This document shows, piece after piece, positions 25,262 to 36,508 of a stretch of 64,000 nucleotides of DNA. The stretch is from Thalia democratica. Its lineage: Eukaryota. How positions within the stretch are numbered: position 1 is the first letter of the stretch; each line of letters starts with the position of its first letter. The position numbers and the translations under genes are program-made. The notes beneath the pieces are model-generated. The model saw only the letters and a program-made list of their open reading frames with translations. It had not been told where the DNA came from and searched no databases. Location of the stretch: the NCBI GenBank assembly GCA_965202585.1, contig OZ241830.1, forward strand, positions 15,810,001 to 15,874,000, given 5' to 3'.

Positions 25262-26969
25262 ATGATTTTTATTGGTTTAATATTTACCGTCCTGTCCATC
25301 GCGGATTCCAAAACATGCAAGGAAAGTGACTTTGAAAGGTATACTAAGGAACAATTCGAAATTTCTTCTGACAGTTTTGTTATTCCTTGGTGCAACGAAA
25401 CAAATAAAAGCAACCCTTTTTGTGCGTGCCAAGACCATTACTACGGAGCATACTATCAGAAAAATATTTACAATCTACACAAGTTGAAACTAATACACCA
25501 CTGTCCCAGTTTACTACCACTCAAAGAAATTGCTTTGTATATACAATTTAGATCTGATTTCACTACAAACACTGAAAACAATGGTAAAAGTTTAGATAGC
25601 TTCTGTAAAAAGTTTCAGAGTGAATTCTTAGATAGTTTTATATTTAGTGGTTGGAAGCCAAGTCTCTCGAAAGCATTTTGTGACTTGTACTACTACTATG
25701 AACACAAAAAACAGCATGTATATCTCATAAAATACTATGAGAACTCGATGTTTAGTTCAAACAACGTGGTGATTAAAATCAAAAATTACCTTAAACCATA
25801 TTCCTGGTTTTTAACAACATCGTAAGTTGATAAATATGCTGTAAATTCAAAACAATGTACATTTTTTAATTTTAAATACATAAAAGTTAGTAGTTCACCA
25901 AGTTTAGTCATAAATTATCTAGTAATAATATTAAAGTACTTTTATTTTCAGGCAAAAAGCAACAGTCATAATAGTGTTGACTACTATAGTTGTGATTGGA
26001 GTAGTATCGGTAATTGGAAACACCTTACTACTGGTTGTCGTGAAAAGATCGAAGAAATTACGTCATAGTCAGTACATTTACAAATGTTCAATAGCAGTAT
26101 CTGATATTATATGGGGAACTGTTTTATGTGTTTATTTATTTGATACCACTTTTCATGAATTTGGTCTAGAGTATACATATGAATCTGTAAACTATAAAAT
26201 TCCTTCAACTATTAAAGGTAATAACAATAAAATTATTTTTACATTTGAAATTGATTACTTTTCTCTTGCTTCTAATTATAAAAACTCTTACAATAGTTTT
26301 ATATTATCTAAACTCATCTGTTTTATTCCAGTAACTCTTTTTGTTTCATTAACAACTTTAGTGCTTGCTGCAAGCGATAGATATTTCGCAATAGCATTTC
26401 CTTTTAAGTACAGAAGAACAAATACTGTAAAGTTGGCAAAAATAATAACTGCAATCGTATGGGTATTAAGTACTCTTGGCGTTTTATATACTGAAGATAG
26501 AGCTGAATTTACTAATGACCGTAGAATGGCTTTACTACAAGCAAAAACTTGGGTTTACCAACCCCGTAACGATAGCATTAACCATAAAGTCATAGCTGTA
26601 ACTTTGTTTGTGTTGTTTGGTTTACTTTGGATCTTAACTTTGCTTACTTTGCTCAGCATTTATAGAAACTTTAAAAAATCACAAAAGTTAAATAAAAAAG
26701 CTATGAATGCGGCTGCCCATGAAAAACAAATGGCAATAGTTTTAGTGGGTATGGTAGTGGTGTTTACTTTTAGCATGTCACCTACAATTTATCACCATGT
26801 GAACGTTTTTGTGCACAATAATATTTTAGGATGTTTTTACTTTTTTTCAACCAAAGACTTTTTCATCTCAAAATGTTTTTTGTACACAAATTCAGCATGG
26901 AGTTTTTTAATTTACAACTTGTTGAACAAAAAGTTTAGATTGGAATTACGTAAACTGTTTAAAAAATAG
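25262..26969 (+). CDS. Class A (rhodopsin-like) orphan GPCR, about 525 aa, with signal peptide and about 190-aa Cys-containing ectodomain; two exons
   Basis: Exon 1 is 25262-25821 (donor TC|gtaagt) and exon 2 is 25952-26969 (acceptor tttattttcag); phase 2 joins the two ORF-track ORFs. Seven hydrophobic segments with TM1 IGN, TM2 IAVSD, TM3 SDRYFAI, TM4 W, TM6 SMSP and TM7 NSAWSFLIY, then an NKKFR helix-8-like segment. Confidence 0.88.
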
Positions 26970-27294
26970 TTTCAAACCAAATAACTTGCCAAGTTACTAG
27001 AATCAAAGTTGTAAATACTTTTTTTTGTTGTGACTTGAATTTATAATAATGTTGTAAATAATTTTATACACGTCTTTCAAACTAGCTCATTTAACATAAT
27101 AAAATTAAGTTTATGGTTAAATTCACTCCCTTATAAAGTAATAAAAAGTTATACAGTACTTTTGTATATATTTGTGCAAATACAAATTTTTTTTAGTATT
27201 TTAACCAATAAAAAAAAGGGAAAAAATAATATTTTTAACATAAAATACAGATAAATTTCAACGTTAAAGTATTTCAGCTTATATAAAGAATTTG

Positions 27295-27725
27295 TGACCT
27301 ATTTTTCAAATATTTTTATGTCTGCTATTAGTATTGTTTATCTCGGTTTAAAAATAAAATTAAAGATATTTTTTTAAGTTTAAAAATTTTCTCTAACTCT
27401 ATGTTTTTTTTTCTTTTACGTTTTAGGCTTAACCTGTATTTTAACTTTTATCTTATTAGATATATTTTTGAGTACATTATGAATAAAAAGTTGTTTAAGT
27501 AAACACTTTGTATATATAACTAAGTTAATTTTATTTTGATTTTATTTTCTTTTCTTTCATTTTATTGATTGTCTTATTTCAAAACGTTTAAAATTTCAGA
27601 TTAAAACATCAATTTTGTTAGCTCGTAAGAAATTGTTAAAGCATGTTGTGTCTCGAGTTGTTTTTTCGTACACCAGGTCCTTAGACCAAACTCTTTGAGC
27701 GCTTTTTTATAGTTCAATAAACAAT
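27295..27725 (+). repeat. Dispersed repeat, direct copy at about 43945-44350; core also at 22853-22918 (+), 24189-24246 (-) and 37042-37090 (-)
   Basis: Shared motifs gtctgctattagt, gagtacattatgaataaaa and gtacaccag(g/t)tcctt(a/g)gaccaaa. Confidence 0.7.
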
Positions 27726-28609
27726 ACATATTTTATAGTTAAAAAGTATTACAAACTTTTTATAACAGATACTATGTTATTAATTTTTACGTTATTAATT
27801 CTTAAGACTTTTTTTATTAAAAAGATCCTACTACTGACATTTAATAAAACTGTAAAAAAAAATCAAATTTTATACTTTTTATGCTTTTTTTTTTTTCTTA
27901 GCGTATTTATTTTAAACAATAAACTGAAGTAATGACAAACGTTCTAAATTAACTATAATCAGACTACACTAAACATCTAAGTTAAACAATGTAAAAAATG
28001 TTTAAACATTTTAGTATTACCTAAACTTTTTGTTTAATTTTTTTTTATTCACTTAAGGTAATTACTACTTATTAAACTTAAGAGGTTATATTAATTTTAA
28101 AGAAATTGAAGCAAAAATTATTAATAAGCAGCGGTTTTTAACTACACTTAACTTATAAAACAATTTTTTTAACATTAGGTTTTAAGAAAAAAAAGCACTC
28201 AATAGAATTTGGGCTAATAACTAATTAATAGCTAACTGAAGTTTATTATTAAGTAAAGTTTTTAGTAAAATAAAAAATAAATAATTTTGAAAATTTAACT
28301 ACTTATAGCTTAAATAATATTTTTTAAACTATGACTACATAGACAAGATAATCTGTATTCACTTTAAGTAATAAAGTTAAGTGACTGTACTTATTCAGTT
28401 ACACCGCACTTAAAATTTTCATAGCGTTAATAGAACCTACTACTGTTTTAAAGATCAGATAAATCTAATGTATGTAAAAGAAAAAGTAAAAATAAAGTAC
28501 TTATCGAAATTTTATTAAGTTAATAATAGTGTAGTTTGTTTAATTAAACAATATTACAGTTAATTTTAAATTTTAACAGTTTTGATCTGAACAAACTTAA
28601 TTTTTCAAC

Positions 28610-29505
28610 TGTCAAAAAACAAATAAAACGTTTTTCAAGTTTGCTTAATATCACTGCAAAACTCATACTCAAATCTAATAGAGAAAAAAATTAAGAAAAA
28701 TTCTTTATTGGAACAAGTAAGATTTTGACAGAAAAATGTGATTAAATTTTCAATCATGTTGCTGAAGGGCTTGTGATCAAGTGTGATTTTGAGATTTATT
28801 TTCGAACTCTTTGCATTTATTTCTTTAGAATCAGATCAATGGTTTTGGAGAACAAACGCAGCTCATCAGCTTGCAGTGTGGTCCCGGTAGGATGCCATAG
28901 CAGGTGCTCATGCTTTCCGAACCAGTGAAGAGAACCACGGAGGTGGGAAAATGGTTAGAAACAACTATAGTTTGTTTATTTCGTATAAATGATATTTCTA
29001 AACAGTGGAGGTGAACATAAATGATAGCCGGGTAGTGTTTACTGACTGACTTTTGTCAAAAAACAAATAAAACGTTTTTTCAAGTTTGCTTAATATCACT
29101 GCAACACTCATACTCAAATCTAATAAAGAAACAAATTAAGAAAAATTCTTTATTGGAACAAGTAAGACTTTGACAGAAAAATGTAATTAAATTTTCAATC
29201 ATGTTGCTGAAGGGCTTGTGATCAAGTGTGATTTTGAGATTTATTTTCGAACTCTTTGCATTTATTTCTTTAGAATCAGATCAATGGTTTTGCCTAAGAA
29301 CAAACGCAGCTCATCAGCTTGCAGTGTGGTCCCGGTAGGGTGCCTTACAGCGGGTGCTCATGCTTTCCGAACCAGTGAAAAGAACCACGGAGGTGGAAAA
29401 ATGGTTAAAAACAACAATAGTTTGTTTATTTCGTATAAATGATATTTCTAAACAGTGAAGGTGAACATAAAAGATAGCCGGGTAGTGTTTGCTGACTGAC
29501 TTTTG
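28610..29505. repeat. Tandem duplication, two highly similar copies of a unit of about 444 bp
   Basis: tgtcaaaaaacaaataaaacg starts at 28610 and again at 29054. Both copies end ggtagtgttt(a/g)ctgactgacttttg. Confidence 0.92.
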
Positions 29506-32032
29506 CTTTTAAAAAAAATAAAAAGCAAGCCTGTGTTTAGATATCCAAAGCATTGTAAATATTGGTGAAAAGAAAATGAAATTCAGAGTATGCTCGTATT
29601 GTAAAACTGTAAAGTATTACTAAAAATTTCCTAAAAAAGAATTAAACAAGTTGTAAAAAGTTAAAGATAAAGTGAATAAAATGTGTATGTACGAAAATTA
29701 AGTTTACCATAAACGGTTTAGAAACAACAAAAAAGTATAAGTAAGAGTATTATTTACCTTTCGCTAATCAGTCATAAAAGTTTTTGTTATAAGATTGAAG
29801 AGTAGAAAACATGCTATGATGGCATAAAAAAAACCTGAAACCTTTGAGTCAAAAACCCACTTTTTTCTTCAACCCACTTCAATTGTAATTTAATAAACAT
29901 AATACGTTACTTTTGATATATAGATGTTGTATGAAAATCTGGATAATGATAAAGGTTTTAGTTTTAGTTGTTAATTATAAAGCTTCAACCACCGTTTGAG
30001 CGCAATTTACTGTTTTAGTAATTAACAACTCTGCTGCGGCCCTTATATCTTATAAACTTATGAATAATTTAACATTTTTTTTCCTTAAGTTACTAAACCG
30101 TATTAGAGGTGTTTATCAAAAACACAGTCTAAATTTAAAAAAAATAGTAAAAAGCTTCATTAGGACATCTTGAAATTAACAAGTAAACATTTAACACGAA
30201 AATATTAAATCCTTTAGTATAATGAAATTTTCTATACATTTAAGGCGTATATTATTTAAAAAGTTTTTTTTTCTAAAATGTTAGATATTTTAAACTAAAT
30301 AAAACGAAGGATGTGTTAAAAGTATTTAAATTATTTTATAATATACTTATAATATAACTATTTAAATAATAAGCATCTTAGATACATCGATCTCAGTTAC
30401 CATTTAGAAACTTTCTATAAATTAAAAAAAAACATAACTTTACAATTAAAAGTTTTAGAAACATTGTTGTCTAAATCTGATATAATAGTTAGCAGATGTT
30501 GTGATATATGAATATTAACTATAGGTGAATCACTATGCCAATTTTTTATATAATTAATTAATAAAGTAAATAATTTAGACTGGCCTACATTAGGGTCTTC
30601 TAAACTTGGCGATATCTCCTCGAAAAATTGGCTTTTAGTAGGTTAGCGGTAACTTTTTTAATTTCTACTTTATTTTTACTAGTTTGATTTTACTAATTAC
30701 CCCTAAGTGTAAGCTTTTAAAAGCAAAAAAAGTGTGCAGAACTATTTATAGCTTTTAAGTATACTAACAAAAATAAATTTATGTAACAAACAAGGTAATA
30801 AAAATAAATTGTAAATTAAAACTAGGTATAACCATAAAATTTTGTATAGATAAACATTATAAAAATGACTTTGATGAGAACTGGTCGTAAAGTCTATAAA
30901 AGTTATTATTAGAATAATGATCATAAATGGTTTATACTTTAGTAAATTATAACTTTTTTATTTTAAATTTAGTTATTTTCAATAAGCAACCAACACCTTA
31001 TTTAATATTGAATTTGTCACAACGTTTTATGAATTTCACAGGTGCAAATTTTAGTAAGCTATTTAAAATAACATACTTTGTATTTAAAGTTAACTTGTAT
31101 TCCGTTTAAATAAATAACATAAACTTATAGCAGTTTCACAGTTAGTACTCAATTAGATATACCTTTATTATGCAGTAATTGCACTTTTCATTATGCAAGT
31201 CATATAAACCGTCTCATTCTACAGTTACAAAAAGCTACTATTTTTTTAATAATTAAACACAGCAGTAAACTTTGCACCATTTTACTAATTAAGAAACTGC
31301 AATTTTTATTATGCAAGTTTTATTAGCAGTCTCATCGTTCAAAACTGTTTTAAATTGTGCAGTTATAAAAAGTAATGTTTTTCAAAAATTAAACCCAAGA
31401 GTGAATATCGCACTACTTTATCATTTAAATTAAAAAAAAGCTAGGTAAAGTATCTAACAAAAGTAAAATTAATTAAGCTAACTAAAAGTATAAGTTTTTT
31501 GAGACAACTAAGCTTTGAAAGTTCAAAATATTTAACATTAATTAAGTTTAAAATATTTTACTTTTAATATAGAAAACTAACGATTTACACTTAAATCTAG
31601 TTTACTAAGGTGGAACATCATTGAGTAAAATGTTTTTTAATATTTTGTCGATTACCTCTTAAATTTTCCATTAGGAGCCAAAAAAAAATATGCACAGCTA
31701 TTTGTAGCTTTTAAATAAATTAACAAAAGTTAATTTGGATAACAATCAAAGTAATAAAAATAAACTGTGAATTAAGTTATTGTCATAAAATTTTGTACAG
31801 ATAAGTTTTAACTGTCGACAGTGAATTAGAGTTTAAAAAATAGTTTTGAAACTGACTTTGTTTTCATTTTAAGAAAAATAATTTTACTTAAAGAATTTTA
31901 AGACTAAACAACTAAGAAGAATAAAACAAACAAAATAAACAAATTAACTCGAAACTAAATATCTTTCAAGTTTCAACCTCCTCTTATCAAACCTCATTTG
32001 TCTGCATTCAGTTACTTTATTCGATTATACGC

Positions 32033-33577
32033 TTAGACACCCGCATCGTTAGATTGTGACGTCAAACCTGCTTGTGATGACGTAATGTTTAACTGTGACG
32101 TCACCGACGTTCCCTTCAACTTCTGAGGCATTTCCTCACTAACTTGTGACGTCACATGCAACCCATCGTTCGATTGTGACGTCACATGCGAAAGTCCCTG
32201 GCTTTTTTGTGACGTCACAGGCATTCCCTCCCCAAGGTGCGGTGTCGACTGGCACCCGCAGCTTTTGATCCTCACAAATTTTCTCCTCACCCTCCTTCTA
32301 CTTCCTTTCTCCTTTCCTCCGCAACGCAACCTGGCGGTTACTTTTTCGTAATCGTACGGCATGCAGAACGAGCAAGATTTGAAGTGGTCAAAAGTTGAAG
32401 TGTCGACTATTGATTTGTCGTTGGGGATTTTTATCGAGGTTGGGATGAAGAATGAGTTGCATTGTCCGTAGCAGAACCTGTTTTCATAAAAAGTGTAAAC
32501 TTTATATAAATATATATATATATAAAAGATTTATTTAAAGATGCAAAACTCAAAGGACTCGAGTTTCGTGACTATTTACTCATCAGCTTCAAAACAAGTT
32601 TAAAATAAAGCACAAAACAAAATCACTAATGAAAGTAAAAAAATTTTTTGCATAAATAGATTATGACGTAATTTTAAAACTATCAAAATTCATATTTATA
32701 TTTGGATTTTGATAGTTTCAAAATTACGTCATAAACTATTTATGCAAAAATTTTTTTTACTTTCATTAGTGATTTTGTTTTGTGCTTTATTTTAAACTTG
32801 TTTTGAAGCTGATGAGTGAATAGTCACGAAACTCGAGTCCTTTGAGTGTTGCATCTTTAAATAAACCTTTTTATTAATAAAGCCCTCAAGGTGGGCTCAG
32901 TGTGAAAAATTTAGTTTATTAAGTTAAATAACTTAATTCTATATATATATATATATAGATATATCAAAAGGTTTATTTCAAGATGTAAAACTTAAAGGAC
33001 TCGAGTTTCGTGCTTATGCACTCATCAGTTTCAAAACAAGTTTAAAATAAAGCAAAAAAACTATCTATTTATGCTAAAATTTTAACTTTCATTTGTGTGT
33101 TTTGTTTTGCGCTTTATTTTAAACTTGTTTTGAAGCTGATGAGTGCATAAGCACGAAAGTTGAGTCCTTTAAGTTTTACATCTTAAAATACTTCTTTTTA
33201 TTAATTAAGCTCTTAATGTTGGCTTAATGTGAAAGATTTGATTTAACAACTTAAATAACTTAACTATATAGATATATATATAATTAAGTATATATTTCTT
33301 AGTAATAATATTTTTTATTATACATAAAACTCAACCTGTTTCTAATTTTTCCTGTACAAAGACCATCTTCAGTAGTGATAACTTGTGTGACAAACTTCGT
33401 TTTACACCAGTCCTTCTTAACAAGTTTTTTGTTTGCAACCACGAGCGCCTCTTGTGTTGACTTCAGCAAATCCGCATCCTTCCTCCTCGCATTGTACGGC
33501 TTCCAACGACGGGAATTACCCTCGAGTGAGAGTTGAAGTAGAAGGAGGAGGGTCAGAATTAATTTGCTTCTAACCAT
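32033..33577 (-). CDS. grem: Gremlin-like DAN-family BMP antagonist, copy A, 228 aa; two exons
   Basis: Exon 1 is 33336-33577 and exon 2 is 32033-32477 (phase 2, AG|gttgag ... aacag|G). Signal peptide MVRSKLILTLLLLLQLSLEG, then KKDWCKT...NRFCYGQCNSFFIP...SCSFC...RC...SCGC. All nine DAN cystine-knot cysteines are present, with close similarity to the vertebrate Gremlin motifs KRDWCKT and NRFCYGQCNSFYIP. Confidence 0.93.
32549..32593 (-). ncRNA. Minimal type I hammerhead ribozyme with one stem II mismatch
   Basis: Minus strand reads TTTGAAG-CTGATGA-GTAA(ATAG)TCAC-GAAA-C(TCGA)G-TC|CTTTGAG. It is sense to the gremlin A pre-mRNA. Confidence 0.75.
32802..32846 (+). ncRNA. Minimal type I hammerhead ribozyme with intact core
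   Basis: TTTGAAG-CTGATGA-GTGA(ATAG)TCAC-GAAA-C(TCGA)G-TC|CTTTGAG: both conserved core boxes, a 4-bp stem II, palindromic ACTCGAGT stem III, a GUC cleavage triplet (predicted cut after 32839) and a wobble-rich stem I. Confidence 0.85.
32938..32963. repeat. (TA)n microsatellite; shorter tracts at about 32508-32524 and 33266-33281
   Basis: Seen directly; these tracts bracket the foldback elements. Confidence 0.85.
32991..33035 (-). ncRNA. Minimal type I hammerhead ribozyme with intact core and mismatched first stem I pair
   Basis: Minus strand reads TTTGAAA-CTGATGA-GTGC(ATAA)GCAC-GAAA-C(TCGA)G-TC|CTTTAAG. It is sense to the gremlin A pre-mRNA. Confidence 0.78.
33129..33173 (+). ncRNA. Degenerate hammerhead ribozyme with disrupted stem III
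   Basis: TTTGAAG-CTGATGA-GTGC(ATAA)GCAC-GAAA-G(TTGA)G-TC|CTTTAAG. The core boxes are intact but the stem III pair is G-G. Confidence 0.6.
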
Positions 33578-36493
33578 AGTTAAATTAGTTGAAATTTACA
33601 ATACTTTTATTATTCAACCTGTTGAGCAGAAAGAAGAGGTTTAAAAATTACTTCGATATAATAAACATTTAATATAAAGTTTAAATATGTGAGTATCTCT
33701 CTTATAAAAATATTTGTTAATATTAGTACAAATAATCTCTTTCGAATCAATATTTACTGAAATTAGTTTTAAATGGAAAAAAGTATACATTTAAATATAT
33801 TTACTCAAAACCATTTTTGTGTTTAAAAACCAGTTAAAGTTTGCATTTGTTATGGGATAATAAACAATTAACGATATTTTATCTAAAGATTTTCATTTAA
33901 TAAAAAAATCTATGCTTGTTTTATGTAATACATTATCTATATAAACCTTTATGAAGTGTAAATATTAGAAAACACAAACAACTGTTTTTAGTCACTTATT
34001 TCCAAATTCAAAGATAAAACTTACTCTTAAATCTATTTATGTATATTCGAGTATTTAAAATACTTAATACTGGTAAAATAGGTTAAACTTTCCTGTTTTG
34101 AATAACGTTTTTTTAATGCTTTTACAACTAAGAACTTACAATTATAATAAATAAATTGTTTTTTATATACTAGAACTAATGCTTAAAAAACAACGGCTAA
34201 ATACAAATGCTTTTAAGTTTGAGCATGAATTATACTTTTCAATAAAGACACCTATGTAGGCTTCCTGGCAGCTAGTGGACTAAACTATAACGAATAATGA
34301 GAAAAATTATCTTCTTATTAACCAAGGCTCGCATTTTTTCTTCAATAGTTTTTCTCTCGTATTGGTTTTTATCTTGAACATTCTGAGCTTTTTAAATATT
34401 TCAAGTTAGATTTTCGTAAGTCTTCTGTATTAAAAGTTTTTAGGTTAATGTCCCAATTACTAAAATATATCTATGCACTTATATAAATTTAAATTTGAAT
34501 TAACTTTATTATTAAGACTTTGAGTATTATAAGCTTCAAAATTAAATAATAAAGTAAAAGCAAGTATAATGAAATAAGAACGAAAAATGATTTTGTTTTA
34601 AATAATAATATTTAAATTTTTTTATTTGTTACTTCAAGATATATAAATTTAGGTTAAAAAATATTGTTTTAACTGTCGAAAATACATTTTTAATGCTTTT
34701 GTGAACGCAAGTACTTTGAAAACACCTAAAAATCTTTCTACTAATTTAAGATTAAAAAATAATAATTGTTGTTCTTTGAAATTTTAAAGGGATTTAAACA
34801 CTGTTTAGCAGTTTTAAAAGCATTACATCAGTACAGTTGCTTTTGATATAATTTCAGTTTAAAGTATATCATAACAAGCATTTAAGTAGTTGAATAATAG
34901 CTTATAATTACGTAACTACTTAGATTTTATCATAGGCATATGATAAACACAAATATGTTTTTAATACATTTGTTTTGATAACCTTACAGATAACTTATGC
35001 CTTATTTAATTTTGAAAATTGAAAATTATTTAAAAATTATGAAAATAATTTGAAATTATTCATTCTCACTTACAATGACATATAATAAAATTTAATATTG
35101 TAGCTAAAATAAATTAAACACAAATATAGTAGGTTTGTATTACGACTTAGAATAAATTAGGTTTGAAAATAATTTCAAAGTTAAATACAGTTACTAGAAG
35201 ACATATTGAAAATAGATTTTTAAATAAACTTCTTTTTCTACGCTATATACAACTGTAAAAACTTAATATAATAATAAGAACAAAATCTTAAAAATTTATT
35301 TTGATAGAAAAGGAAATTAAATAATTGAAATTAATTAAAATTTATCAAAGCACTTTAACAACTTTACGGGTCAAATCTTTAAATTTTCTGCGACTTTTGA
35401 GAACAGTTTAATATGTTTCACACATTGTTTCAAAAACTACTCCAAAAACAGTAGTAACCTTTTTCAAAACTCTAGCAGAAAAATATTTAACAAAAAGAAT
35501 ACACTGGTATAATAAACAAAATACATGCAGTATGTAATTTTTAATTTCCGTAAAATTTTAAAGGTTTTAACATAAAATACTTTTATCTTTAGTTAGTAAG
35601 CTAATTGATTTTATATACGATTAGATTGCAAACTGAAATTAAAACTTAAAGTATTGAAAAATGAATTGTTTGATAAACTACAGTAAGACAACAACAAATA
35701 CTTTTAAACCGATGTACAGCATACCAACGAAGTACTTAAATAAAAATCACATTCCTGCATAGCAATTGTTAAGTGGGTTTAGAGTTAAAGTTCTACTTTA
35801 GGCGAAGCAAGTTAAACTAAAATAAAAGTAAGTCGTGAAAAAGTTGTTTTTGTTGAAAACTGAACTATTTGTTTCTTAAAATAGCTGGAGCCAGCAAAAT
35901 ATTTTACGTAAAAACATTTTTAATTGGCACCAGTCTTTAGACACATATGTTTATATATGACAACAAATCTTACAAGTTTTTATCTAAAAGTGATTATCAT
36001 TAAGTCGCGCCAAAATTGTTCAAAATGGTTACGTCACTTTTAGTAACTTTTATTCTGCTTTGTTGTAAACTGGAAGTAGTTAATTTTTATTTTTGCTGTA
36101 CAGTTTTATTTTCTGTACAAATATCAATCGTCGAATATGGCTTTATGAGTTACTGCACAAAAATGTTTTTTGTTTTGTTGAACATTTTTAATTTTAATTA
36201 CTGAAAAATAATAATACCAAGTTGTAATAAAGTCAGGGCTACTTGTTAAGAAAGGTTAAAATATCTTAAATTAACACCAAAATGAATTGAATTAGATAAC
36301 GATGAGTCGGCAATATTATATACCGCGCAAGACGACACAAGTTTGTTATTGAAAAAGTCCAAACACTCGCAAATCTGATTAAACGCCAATTAACGTTTTC
36401 ACTCGCCGCACAAAAAACTTTTTAAATATCCAGTCTCGCACGAGGCGTCAATGAAAAATTTGATAAATGATAAATATTTGTTAACACTCACCG

Positions 36494-36508
36494 GGCGCCT
36501 ATGTGTCT
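36494..36508 (+). promoter_or_regulatory. BMP-responsive element GGCGCC-N5-GTCT (Smad1/5 plus Smad4 bipartite site) upstream of gremlin A
   Basis: The sequence GGCGCC-tatgt-GTCT exactly matches the GRCGNC-N5-GTCT consensus. It lies in a block conserved in arm B, about 2.9 kb upstream of the ATG. Confidence 0.6.

Larger units (their letters stand above)
32521..32873. mobile_element. Foldback element 1: near-perfect hairpin with arms of about 170 bp; probable inverted Penelope-like pLTR or retrozyme remnant
   Basis: 32521-32692 is the reverse complement of about 32703-32873 with few mismatches and a loop of about 10 nt. Each arm carries a hammerhead core. It follows a (TA)n tract. Confidence 0.85.
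32966..33198. mobile_element. Foldback element 2: internally deleted tandem paralog of element 1
   Basis: Same termini (aaaaggtttatttcaagatg... / ...catcttaaaatacttcttttt). The outer arms of about 95 bp pair. The same roughly 70 bp downstream flank and (TA)n tract follow both elements. Confidence 0.8.

Noticed and set aside
25262-25825. 187-aa ORF as a stand-alone secreted protein
   Set aside because: A consensus donor just before its stop splices in phase to the 7TM ORF, which has no good ATG of its own.
28800-28960. Hammerhead ribozyme in the 444-bp tandem repeat (CTGATGAG on the minus strand)
   Set aside because: No stem II closing onto GAAA in either type I/III or type II topology, stem I does not pair, and the two copies disagree at the would-be cleavage site.
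30000-36000. Autonomous Penelope-like element (RT plus GIY-YIG ORF) associated with the hammerheads
   Set aside because: No long ORF or RT motif is present near the foldbacks or anywhere in the window.
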